A program made the translations under genes and the position numbers. A model generated the notes under the pieces. That model was given only the letters and a program-made list of their open reading frames with translations, had not been told where the DNA came from and searched no databases. 64,000 nt of DNA from Paragordius varius (lineage: Eukaryota > Animalia > Nematomorpha), in contig OZ176053.1 of the NCBI GenBank assembly GCA_964247055.1, forward strand, positions 6,200,001-6,264,000, given 5' to 3'. Every line of letters starts with the position of its first letter. The first letter of the stretch is position 1. Below are positions 1 to 10,846 of the stretch, piece after piece.

Positions 1-1859
1 GGTATAAATATCTTGATTATATATACATGAATATAAATATATGTTCTGATAAGAAAATGTAAAGGATTATTATGGTCCTTTTGGTTCTGGTCCTAAGTGA
101 TATAAAAAAGAATCATTACTTTTATAGTAACTACTACATATCTAATGGAAAAATTTGCTCACAATTTTTTATAAAACTTTTTGGGGAAAGCTAAAGGCTT
201 CATTCCAAAAAATATTATTAAATTATATCAAAAACTACAAATAAAAGAACAATATTTTTAAAATTTTTTAGATGAGTCTTATTTTCGGTCTTCTAAAATG
301 GGTTAGTTGGCTTAAAATAAATGTAAATAGAAGGATTGCGCGTAAAAATTTTTAAAATATATGTTTAATAAAGTAAGCAACTAAAATATTTTTAAAATGC
401 ATACTTTTTTCAAAAATTTAATTTTTAACAAAATATTGTTGAAGTGTATTTCATATTAATTTGAGGCATGGGAACAAACGCTTTAAGACATTATAAAAAC
501 ACTTTTTCTCTATAATTCAAAGATGCTGACATTTCTAACACCTTATAATTTTTAATATCGTTCGTCTTCAATATTATGTAAAATATTATTTGTGTTTTTA
601 CAAAAGAATTATACCAAATAAAAGCAAACTAACCTTTAATTAACATTCTGTAGCAATAGAATTGTTTAGCATCGTCGAATTATATAAAAAAAACTGTTTT
701 TGTAGAAAACATTTTTTAACGGTTTGCATCACTGAAAAAAGTATAGTTACGCTTCAACAAAATTTCGTAAAAATTAAAGTGTTGAAAAAAGTAAGCATAT
801 TTTTTAAAATATTTTTTTTGAAAAGATAGCATATATTAAAATTTGTTATCGAGCTATCCCGCCATTTTTGATTTTATTTTGAGTAGACTAGCCGATTTTA
901 AAAAAAAATTTAATTGAAAATTAAAAAATTAAATTTTTTAGAAAATATTGTTTTACTATTTATATGTAGTATATGTTATATTTTAATGATTTTTATAGAA
1001 TGAAGCCTCTAGCTTTCTTCAAAAAATATTGTTTAAAAAAATGTGGGCAAATTTTACCATTTTCTGATAAGGAGCTCCTAGGCCAAAATCAATAGCGCCA
1101 CGATAATCCTGATATTCTATCAGAAAATATATATTTCATCGGGTTATTTTGTGGACACTGTGTAAGTGTAAACTTTTGAAATTTTAATTTGTTGCAAAAT
1201 TGCATATTTGATATTAAAGAGGCGTAGGGTCCCAAAGACCCCATTTTCAATCAGAGGACTGAAATGTGTTGTATCCAAGTAACATAAATTTGAAAACGAA
1301 AAAATACTTTAATAACTTTGAGATGATAGAATGTTCATATTTAGAGCGTTTTATACCGTTTGCATCATCACTCACAATAGTATTAAATACAATTCTCCAA
1401 TTGTCAAATTAAATTTTGAAAAAAGTATACATGTACAAATAATATTTTTAGATTATGTTAAAATTTAGCATATATTTAAAATTTTTATCTGGCGATCGAC
1501 ATTCTTATACCTTATTCTAACCGAACTAGCGCACTTTAAAAGAGCCAAAAATTTGGGACTTTTGGAGCCACATTTGAAAATTAAGTATTTTTAAAAATAT
1601 TGATTTGCTTATATATGAGGTTTGATATATTTTAAAAATTTGAATAAAGTTCAGCTTTCGCCAAAAATTTAATTTAATAAATTGTGCACACTAAAGTGGT
1701 AGTAACTTTTTATCACTGATAAATGTCAAAACTAAAAGCACCATGATAATCCTGATATATTTTTTCAATATATGTATTTTTCAGGATATTTTTTACACCC
1801 CCGATTAGGCAGTGTTGAAGTTTTCTCTGGGTTAGAAAACTACCCACCGTAGTTTTAAA

Positions 1860-3337
1860 AAAGTTTCTATCAAACTATTTCGACGCTATTTTCACAACAT
1901 TTTTGCAAAATAATGTATGTATTTGATTTAAACGCTAATTAAAGCTAATTTTTTATTTGGATCACATCTAACAAGGATAGAAACAGAAGAAGTGGTTTAT
2001 TTTGTATTATTATTAAATTAAGCTATTTCACATACATGCTGACTAAATTTACCTTAACATTTCGATTTAAATTAGGGTATCTAAATATTATAGACTATAT
2101 TTAAGTTGAGATTTTTTAAAAACTGAAAGAAACGGTCCCAATAAAATTAAATATATGCCTACCTAAAAAATTGTATAAATAGCTGAAATAACTAAATAAA
2201 ACTTTACTTTGAAAAAAAGTCTCATATCAAACTACTGGACGCCATTTTAAGTTTACATTTTTCAAAATATCCTATTAACACTTGGATACAACACACTCAT
2301 TTTAGTCCTTCTAAGGGTAGTTGGATACCCCAGGCCTGTTTAAGATCAAATATTTTAAAAAGTATGGAAGCAATCGGACCCATGGCAAAATTTTGCACTT
2401 ATATAACATTAATAAACCGAAATATATAAAAAATTCTATTCAAAAATACTTGATATTACATATTTTAGGCTAAAACCGAAAGGTAAAAATTTCGTCAACG
2501 TGACATGTGTGAAATAGCAAAATTTAAAAATAATACAATATAAACCGCTTTTTCTATTTCTATCAATGTTAGATGTAACTTAAATAAAAAATTAGTTTAA
2601 TTTTGTCTTTAAAATTACATGAAGACGATATTTTGCAAAAAAATTTTAAAATAAAAATGGCGTCGAAATAGTTTGACATGGAACTTTTTTTTCAAAACAA
2701 TTTTATTAAGATCTTTTGACATATTTATACAATTTTTATTAGGATAGAAGCATAAATTTAAATTGCGACCGTTTCCTTCACTAGTTTTTTAAAAATCCTA
2801 ATTAAAATTTGGTCTGGGGTATTTAGATACCCCAATTTGAATCGGAGTGTTAATTTAATTTTAAAGCTAAAATGAAAGTTAAATTTTCATTTAAATCACA
2901 TCTAACATTGATAGAAACAGAAACGTGGTATATTTTGTATTACTTTTAAATTTAGATAATGCACATATGTCATGATGACTAAGAGGGTATCCAGAAAATA
3001 AGTAATTTCAAGTGTTTTTGAATGAAATTTTTTATATATTTCGGTTTATTAATGTTATAAATGTGCAGATTTTTGCCATGATGTCACATTACATTTTTTT
3101 AAATTATTTAATTTTAAACAAGCCTAGGGTATCAAATTATCCGAATTTGAATCGAACTGAAATGAGTGTGTTGTAACCAAGTGTTAAAATGAGTAATATC
3201 AAGTATTTTTAAATGATTTTTATTTTTCTGTTCATTAATGTTATATAAAAGAAAACTTTTACCATAGTTTTACTATATATCATTTTTAAAATATTTTTAA
3301 ACAGTCTGGGGTATCTAACTACCCGACTTTGAATCGA
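1860..3337. repeat. Cluster of nested/inverted fragments of the TTAA MITE family around one intact copy
   Basis: Minus-strand pieces of the family (e.g. AAACGGTCCC, GACGCCATTTT, GGGGTATCTAACTACCC) at ~1860-2270 and ~2870-3337 flank the intact copy at 2279-2849. Confidence 0.8.
2279..2849 (+). mobile_element. piggyBac-type non-autonomous element (MITE), ~570 bp
   Basis: TTAA|CACTTGGATAC... to ...AATCGGAGTG|TTAA. TTAA lies on both sides (2275-78, 2850-53), there are subterminal inverted repeats, and at least 6 other copies occur in the window. Confidence 0.85.
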
Positions 3338-3609
3338 ATGACGGAAACGAATTCCTACTTAGTATTATCGCTTGATACCCATATAGACGACGAATGAGAT
3401 TGCTTATGATGTGAAACCAGGTTGGTTTAATAATTATGTTTAATAATCAAAATATTTGTATTTTGATATAAAAACACAAACTCTACATGTTTAATTGATG
3501 GAATTGGATCTGTATTGGATTAATTAAATATCAACAATTTTCCGATCATCAATAGATTTTTGAAGTTAATTTTATGTTCATTCGCAAATTAGTATGATTG
3601 TTTCATTTG

Positions 3610-3804
3610 ATGTTCAAATTTTTGGTAAATTAAATTATCTAATTTTAGATAACATTTACACTGGGATTTTATAGTGGAGTTTATGTAGCTCAAAATTATA
3701 ACGTATAATTGATTTATATTTTTTAGATACCATCAGTATCGGATCCAAAAGAATTATATAAAAAATTAAAAGATTATTTAGATAGACACAAAAAAGACAA
3801 ATAA
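3610..3804 (+). CDS. STMP1: Short transmembrane mitochondrial protein 1 (STMP1/C7orf73-like); exons 3610-3624, 3649-3702, 3727-3804; 48 aa
   Basis: Removing two 24-nt GT-AG introns (3625-3648, which holds an in-frame TAA, and 3703-3726) gives MFKFLITFTLGFYSGVYVAQNYNIPSVSDPKELYKKLKDYLDRHKKDK*. The G-x-Y-x-AQNY-x-IP motif followed by a charged helix matches human STMP1 (GMYLAQNYDIP). Absent from the ORF track. Confidence 0.85.
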
Positions 3805-3809
3805 TTAAA

Positions 3810-4055
3810 ATGGGTGGATGGAAACTGGAAGCTTTTAGAGCTGCTCTTTATATATTTTTCCCTATAACTGTATTTTATTGTGCGAATCATCCCTACTTTT
3901 CCGATGAATGGGAAAATTTTTTTCGGAATGAGATCGAAAAAGATAAAGATAAGCAAGGCGCAAAAAATATTCACCAATTAATTTCTAATCTGGAAAAAAA
4001 GGATATGGAAAAATGGGAAGTTTTAGTACATGAACACATTAAAGCTAAAAAATAA
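3810..4055 (+). CDS. PET100: Cytochrome c oxidase assembly factor PET100 homolog, single exon, 81 aa
   Basis: The N-terminus MGGWKLEAFRAALYIFFPITVFYCAN aligns to the PET100 signature (human MGVKLEIFRMIIYLTFPVAMFWVSN), followed by a charged helical tail. Confidence 0.88.
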   Translation: MGGWKLEAFRAALYIFFPITVFYCANHPYFSDEWENFFRNEIEKDKDKQGAKNIHQLISNLEKKDMEKWEVLVHEHIKAKK

Positions 4056-5472
4056 ATTTTTTTTTACATATATTTTATTAAATAAATATCCATTAATATA
4101 TTTGGTAAAATTTCTATTATTGCTTCTAATTTTTTGCCATACCACCTTTGGTTGGGCTAAAGGCGATTTTTGTTCATTTCCCCTTTCTTTAAAAAAAGTT
4201 ATCTACATTTTTAACAATATATATCAAATTCTTTGACCAGTTTTACTGTATTATCAGTTGTTTTAATCATATAAATATAGATTTGTTATTCTTTTCATGT
4301 TCACAATTTAATTATTTTCATCTAAACTCTTTAAATGTTATTTAAATTCAAATGGCAATGTTTGGGAGCTGAACATCATTGTTGTGCAAAATCATTGTAA
4401 ATTAATTGTACATTACTTATAAAATATTTTTGCCACATAACCATTAGAATTTTTATAATTTACCAACTATTATAAAATAACATGTGCATTACAACTCTAA
4501 AAGATGCTGAATTACCTCTTAATATTGACATTTATCTTAATCATACCTACTTCTCTTTCTTCACGACCAATTTTTTTATTTATTCACCCGCATAGTGTTT
4601 CGTACCATCGCTCATATTTTTTAACCAGTCAGAATATATAATTATTCTACATAAAGAAGAGAAACTTATTTATTGTACGACATTTTAAGCAATTTTCTTT
4701 TAACAATACCTGGTTCATTATGACTGACAATCCTGAAGAATTTTACATTGGGTAAACGGTGATTGTTTTACATTATTTTCCCCAATTTTATGTACAAATA
4801 TTCCCCATATCTCGCCCATGGTATTTCATCACCACTTTTATATTGATTGAAATGGCATGTAATTTCACTATGATCCATAGCCTAACTGCAGAGATTGGAG
4901 AGATAGTGAATTGTCCAGGCAAAGATCTCAATTCGATTCTTTTTCCATTATTTTTGCATCATTGTGGTAAACTAGCTAAATTTTATAGCTCAAACCCTCT
5001 TATGTGTTTTATGCACCATTATCTTAAAAATATCTATAAATAAATTGCCCTTTTATTATAAATATTATCATCCGTACCCGCAGCTTTATCATGGACTCTT
5101 TGAAAACAATCGAGTTTTTAATGATATTTTAACTTCTGCAGAATAAGAAATTATTGGTAATATATCATTTCTCAGTCAAAAAAACGTTTTTTTAGCATTT
5201 TCCCAGTCAACCAAAACGTTTTTCAATCGATACGTTTCCCCAGTCAATAAAAACGGTTTTATTTTTAATGATAAATATCGAACAAGATGCAAAAATAACT
5301 TTTAACCATTACAGCGTAATATAAGCATATTATATTTTATTTATAAAAACACAATTATTGAATGACAATTTTTCTAATACCATTAAAGCGTTATATTTTA
5401 CAGTATTTTATATAGATATTTTTAAGAAAATATTATATAAAATTATTCAAATCCTAATTTATATAATACATA

Positions 5473-6380
5473 CCATTTCCCAGTCAAAAAAACGTTTTAT
5501 TAGTCAAGTAAGTGAAACATTTTCCCAGTATCGAAACGTTATACCAGTCAATCGAAACGTTTTCCCAGTCAATAAAAACGGTTTTATTTTTGATGAACAT
5601 CAAAACAACATATAAAAATGATTTTTACTCATTAAGAACAACACTAATAAGAATATTATTTTTTAGAAAAACAGAATTATTGAATGACAATTTTTTATAT
5701 ATATTCCAATACACAATCATAAATGTCTTTAAAAGTTATATTTTATTAACTGGATCAACATTTTATGGTTTTCGAGATATTTTAAAATGTTTAGTAATTT
5801 ATTTTATCGATGGTTCGCATTAATAATCGAGGCTATTCTATAAAATCTATAGTTTCGGATCAAATAATAATTTTAATCTCGGATCGGTCATTTAAAACTT
5901 CACATCGGATTTTTAACATTTGCATCTTTACCCTAATTTATATAATTTATTTATTTAGTCAAATATTCTTTTCATTTTTTATCCAAAAAATATTTTTTGT
6001 TTCGATATTCTTTTCCAACAGTACATTTATTGACAAACTTTACACATCCGAAACTATATTTAAATTTAGTCCTGAATATTGATGCACACCATGGATAAAA
6101 TAAAAAATTATTAAATATTTTCTTAAAAATGCTCAAATTTTATAAAATATGACTTTTAAAAAATAAGACATTAATGATCGTGCACTGGAATATAATTGGA
6201 AAAATTTCATTCAATAATTGTTTTTTAAGAAAATAATGTCATAATATTACACTAATAATGATTAAAAGTATTTTTATATCTTGTTTTGATATTTATCATC
6301 AAAAATACCGTTTTTATTGACCGGGAAAACGTTTTGATTGATTGGGAAAAGTGGGAAACTTTTTTTTGACTGGGAAATGG
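5473..6380. mobile_element. Foldback-like non-autonomous DNA element with long TIRs built of ~21-bp subrepeats; partial copies at ~5165-5470 and ~7490-8030
   Basis: The left end CCATTTCCCAGTCAAAAAAA (5473) is the reverse complement of TTTTTTTGACTGGGAAATGG (..6380). Arms contain tandem TTCCCAGTCAATCGAAACGTTT-type units, and ~6 such units lie in reverse orientation at 7905-8030. Confidence 0.7.
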
Positions 6381-6716
6381 ATTAATCATTTACTCTTGGG
6401 GTATCCAACACGCATCCCTCCGAGATTCTTTGTGCGGCCCGGAAAAAAATTGGAAATCCATAATAGGCACAAATTTGCCCACAAAATCTGAGTAAAATTG
6501 ATATTCTTACGCAGTTATTTCTGAATGAGTCTATTCAATTGGCAGCGAACTAGAAAAAAATGTTATATTGTGTTTGCATTTTACAGTCTTATGTCCAAAA
6601 TCTAAAAATTTATCAATTCCCATATATACCATTTACAATTCGAATTCACCCTTGTACAATTCAATTTATCCTAAAAATCAATTATGTGTTTTCAAGCTAA
6701 TATAACTCATCATTAA

Positions 6717-7292
6717 CACTTGGATACAACACATTCATAGTCCTTCGATTCAAATTGGGGTAGTTGGATACTCCAGGCCTGTTTAAAATAAATAATTTAA
6801 AAATTATGGAATGAAAAGAAACCATAGCAAAATTTTGCACTTATATAACATTAATAAACCGGAATATATAACAAACTTTTTTCAAAAATACTTGATACTA
6901 CTTATTTTAAGATAAAACCCAAAGGTAAAAATTTAGTCAACGTGACATGTGAGCATTGGCTAAATTAAAAAATGATACAAAATTAACCACTTTTTCTATT
7001 TATATGAATGTATGTGATTTAAATAAAAAAATTAGCTTTAATTATACCTTGAAAAATAAATGAACACGATATTTTGCAAAAATTTTGCAAAATAAAAATG
7101 GCGTCCAAGTAGTTTGAGATGGAATTTTTTTTTCAAAACGAAAATATATTAAGATATTTTGACTTATTTATATAATTTTTATTAGGATAGAAGCATAAAT
7201 TTAAATTATGACCGTTTCCTTCAGTAGTTTTTTTAAAATTCCAACTTTAATTTGGTCCGGGGTATTTAGATACCCCAAATTGAATCGAAGTG
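6717..7292 (+). mobile_element. piggyBac-type MITE copy
   Basis: TTAA|CACTTGGATACAAC ... GAATCGAAGTG|TTAA; colinear with 2279-2849. Confidence 0.85.
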
Positions 7293-8672
7293 TTAATATG
7301 AAATCAATTTTTCAGACATAGATTATTACTTTTTCAGCATCATATGAATTTGAACAGAATTTCTATTTTAAAAATATTATAAAATAAAGGTAATTTTGAA
7401 TCTTAAAATAGTCATAATTTATTTTACGGTGAATTTGAATTGTAAATGGTATATATTTCCAATGCGGCTTGCGACCTTTACGTTAGACACCCCTGTTTTA
7501 GTCAAATATTTTCTTAAATATTTTTGAATCAAAAACATTTTTATCTAAAAAATATTTTATGTTTTTTTCCAACACTAATTTTATCGACAAACTTGACAGT
7601 TTTATAAACAATTTGAAGTGGTAAATGAGCAATATGAGAAAAATGGTGTATTTTTATGAATTTTATTATTTATCTTTAACTATAGATTAACTTAGCCCCG
7701 AATATTAATGCGATCCATCGATAAAATAATTTTTAAATATTTTCTTAAAAATATCTCCAATTCCATAAAATACCGATCCGTTATAAAATATAACCTATAC
7801 AGAATAATTGTGTATTAAAAAAATGTCATTCAATGATTTTGTTTTTATAAATAATAATATCCTAATATTACGCTGATAATGGTTAAAAGTCTATCTGTTA
7901 CCGTTTGTATTGACTGGGAAAATGTTTCGATCTGGGAAAACGTTTCGATTAACTGGGAAAACGTTTCGGTTGGTTAGGAAAAAGTTGGGATTGACTGGGA
8001 AAGGTTTCGATTGAATGGGAAAATGTTTTGATTATAATAGGAACGGTATACAAAGATTTGAGACAGTATAACACCTTCTATATAATTCTATAATGCTCAA
8101 CGTTTCTATCATCTTAGAATTTCAATATGACACTTTAGGACCTTTTCACTTTCTTTTTTGTCCACGACATATTTTTTAGTTTTATATCCTAGAGCTTAAT
8201 AAACCACTATTTTGAAAGTTATTTTAGTTTATTTAATTATCAACCATTGTTCTAATATATTAAATAGGAGGTTTATATTTCTTACAGTTTTTTGACTTCT
8301 TGAGGTCTTAAATTGTGACAGATCCAAATGATCAGGTGATATAAAAATCAATATATATCAGGTTATGCTTGTTTAGACCGAAAGCTTTATAAAATTAATT
8401 TATATTTTCTAATTATAGCATAAATTTAAATTTAGCCTAATACCGTTATACACTTTAAGATGTTTAAATATCAAATCGTTCTGAAATATATATAAACTTA
8501 AAAAGGTCATAGTGAGTTAAACAAATAGAAAATTGTAAAAAAATTATCTTTATAAAATATTTTAATTCTATAGTTAGTTTCAGAAATAAAATATTTTATG
8601 TAACAAGTAAAAATATAATATGTGAACAACAGTAGATTTTAGTTCATTCATATTTAATTTTAAATTTTACAC

Positions 8673-8910
8673 ATGAGCTCTCAAGACACTTTGAAGAAAC
8701 CATTTAAAACACCGCTTAAAGAAAATAAAAACGCTAAAAGCCATAAATAACCCAAAAAACTCCCACTCAACCAGTCAATACATGGAATTATTGCATAAAT
8801 ATAATGATTTAAAAGATATAGGAACATTACTTTTTGGAGAATTGGCAAAACTAAGAGGTGTATCGATTAAAGATATTTATGAAGAATATGATATGAATTT
8901 ATCTGATTAA
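8673..8910 (+). CDS. SWI5: DNA repair protein SWI5/Sae3 homolog; N-terminal ORF 8673-8750 and Swi5-domain ORF 8782-8910 are offset by +1
   Basis: 8782-8910 encodes MELLHKYNDLKDIGTLLFGELAKLRGVSIKDIYEEYDMNLSD*, matching human SWI5 LHEYNDIKDVGQMLMGKLAVIRGVTTKELYPEFGLDMND. The upstream ORF MSSQDTLKKPFKTPLKENKNAKSHK* ends at TAA 8748-50. No GT-AG intron can bridge the two ORFs. Confidence 0.85.
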
Positions 8911-10236
8911 TCATTGTATCTTAAACAACCAAGCAAAATTTCTAATTAAATTAGCTTCAAATAAATTTAGTTATAAGAAGAGATTTTAGTTACGGCATAT
9001 ATTAAAAATAAATAATTAAGCTTTATTATTATCCATCAAAAACTACACAATTTAACTAGACTCATCAACCCCTTATCTACTCTAAAGGATGACAATCAGC
9101 ATAGAAGTCTGAGTGTTAGGTTTGACTAGATCAGTGGATAAAAATATTTATCTTCTCTTGAGGGCCGTACACCTTATAATACTGATAAAAATATACTAGC
9201 TTAACACATTTGCAGATATTTATACTCGAAATAAGTAAATAATCAATTCAGGTCATAAACAAGCAGTTTTAGGGCCGCTGTCTGAGTCTCACCGGACTCG
9301 ATGATGAAAGATATCGCTTTATAATCAGTCAATTTTCTGTACATATGAAAATATTTTGTAAAGAAAATTATACAATGGTACAATATTTAAATTTAATATA
9401 AAATAATTGCAAATCTTGATGATTTCAAAATTAAATATATAGTTTGGGCCAATTCAAAATTATAGATTCTATGGCCTTTAAAGCACAACCAAAAAATTAG
9501 AATATAAAAATATTCTCCTCTCAATCATTACAACGCCAAACTTTTTTTAAACTGCAAACAACTAGTATATATATTTGCAAACCTATTAACTTATATTTTA
9601 ACGCCATCCTTCAAAAATCAGGTTTTTTGTAGCAGGTTAAAACTAAAAAGACCATGATAATCCTAATATTTTCCTATCAGATATATATTTCATCAGGATA
9701 TTTTTTTGTGGAAACTGTGTAATATACCACACCGATGGGGTAAAAACAGGCAAATTTTAATTTTGTAGTGCGTTTAAGTTCAAATTATCTGGTCACATTA
9801 ATATATGGAATGTTTGATTATTATTTAACCAAAATAATATATAGCTGAGGCAAAAGTGCAATGCAGTTTAAAATGAATTCGATTGTGAGAAAATTAACAA
9901 GGGTCAGAATCAGCATCGTGTTAATTATATTAAATATAATTTAAACAAATATTTGAAAACAAATAATAAAAATGGTTATAATAATTTTTTTAGCTGTTCG
10001 AACGATTACATTTTAAATTAGGGCTTTATCAGAAAGGTGGAAGATTAGCAGTGGGAGCTAATTAATTACTCCGTGTTTTTTATAAAGCTCATTATAAGGG
10101 GCATATTTATTTTACAGAATTATATATCATAGTTTAAATTTATTGAAATAAAATATTAAAAAATTTATCGTAATCAATTAAGTTTTAAAGATAGTTTTAA
10201 ACACAGTTTCAACAATCTTATCCACCAACCCCACCT

Positions 10237-10422
10237 TTAGGCGTTTTCTGTGGCATCAGTTGTTGATGTTGCCGAATGTTGAAGCCAAAACGTATGACAA
10301 CTTTGGCAATCTGCATTGTAATATGTGGTTTCATTACACACTGCTGTACAATTATATCTTCCATCAGCGTACGTTCCCAAAATTATCGCTATAAGACACA
10401 AAATATGTAAAATATAAATCAA
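10237..10422 (-). CDS. Possible small Cys-containing secreted/membrane peptide (5' end unresolved)
   Basis: A hydrophobic stretch (IYILHILCLIAIILG) is followed by CxxxC...CxxC and N-glycosylation sequons (NCT, NET). The ORF start is TTG, not ATG, so an upstream exon would be required. Confidence 0.3.
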   Translation of the reverse strand: MIYILHILCLIAIILGTYADGRYNCTAVCNETTYYNADCQSCHTFWLQHSATSTTDATENA

Positions 10423-10846
10423 TTTCCAATAAGCTTAAGTTTATTGACCGGGTAAAAGTTACACCAATTCTAATTGCTTGGAATTCTTTCTGATTAGTAT
10501 AATTGGTGATATTTGTTGCCGCAGAATAGAAAAAAATAACCGCTAAACTATGAAAAATGTCAATAACATTTGTAATTACAAACAGATAAAAAATAATTAT
10601 TAAATTTTACTTTTTTATTTTATTTGATTAACAAATTCTTTTATAATCTTGTTCTCATAAGTCACGTCTTAATGATACGTCATAAATAGTCAGAACCGCG
10701 TGAAAAAGAAATGGAAAGATTCAAATAAAAAAATTTTAATTATTATTTTTAAATGCCAATATAGGCAGTGTTAAACTACATGTATTACGGAAAACATCAA
10801 TAGTTGTATAACATAGTAAAGTTTGAAATAATCTATATACTAGTAA

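Noticed and set aside
3340-3445. Possible snRNA or spliced-leader RNA (GGTTTAAT resembles the nematode SL1 start)
   Set aside because: No Sm site in the proper position, no U1/U2/U4/U5/U6 signature, and only an 8-nt match.
4080-5160. Alternative genetic code (TAA/TAG read as Gln) to rescue broken frames
   Set aside because: Confirmed genes in the window terminate at TAA or TGA, and a 983-codon ORF has no internal stops, so the standard code applies.
5358-6082. ORFs 5358-5615, 5512-5823, 5810-6082
   Set aside because: They lie within the repeat element, are low-complexity I/F/K/N rich, and start at non-ATG or arbitrary codons.
7905-8030. Regular ~21-bp repeats that superficially resemble a CRISPR array
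   Set aside because: Head-to-tail degenerate units with no unique spacers, in a eukaryotic context with no cas genes. They belong to the foldback-like element.
9000-9420. GC-richer patch downstream of SWI5 with several GT/AG pairs
   Set aside because: I found no phase-consistent exon chain or recognisable motif on either strand.
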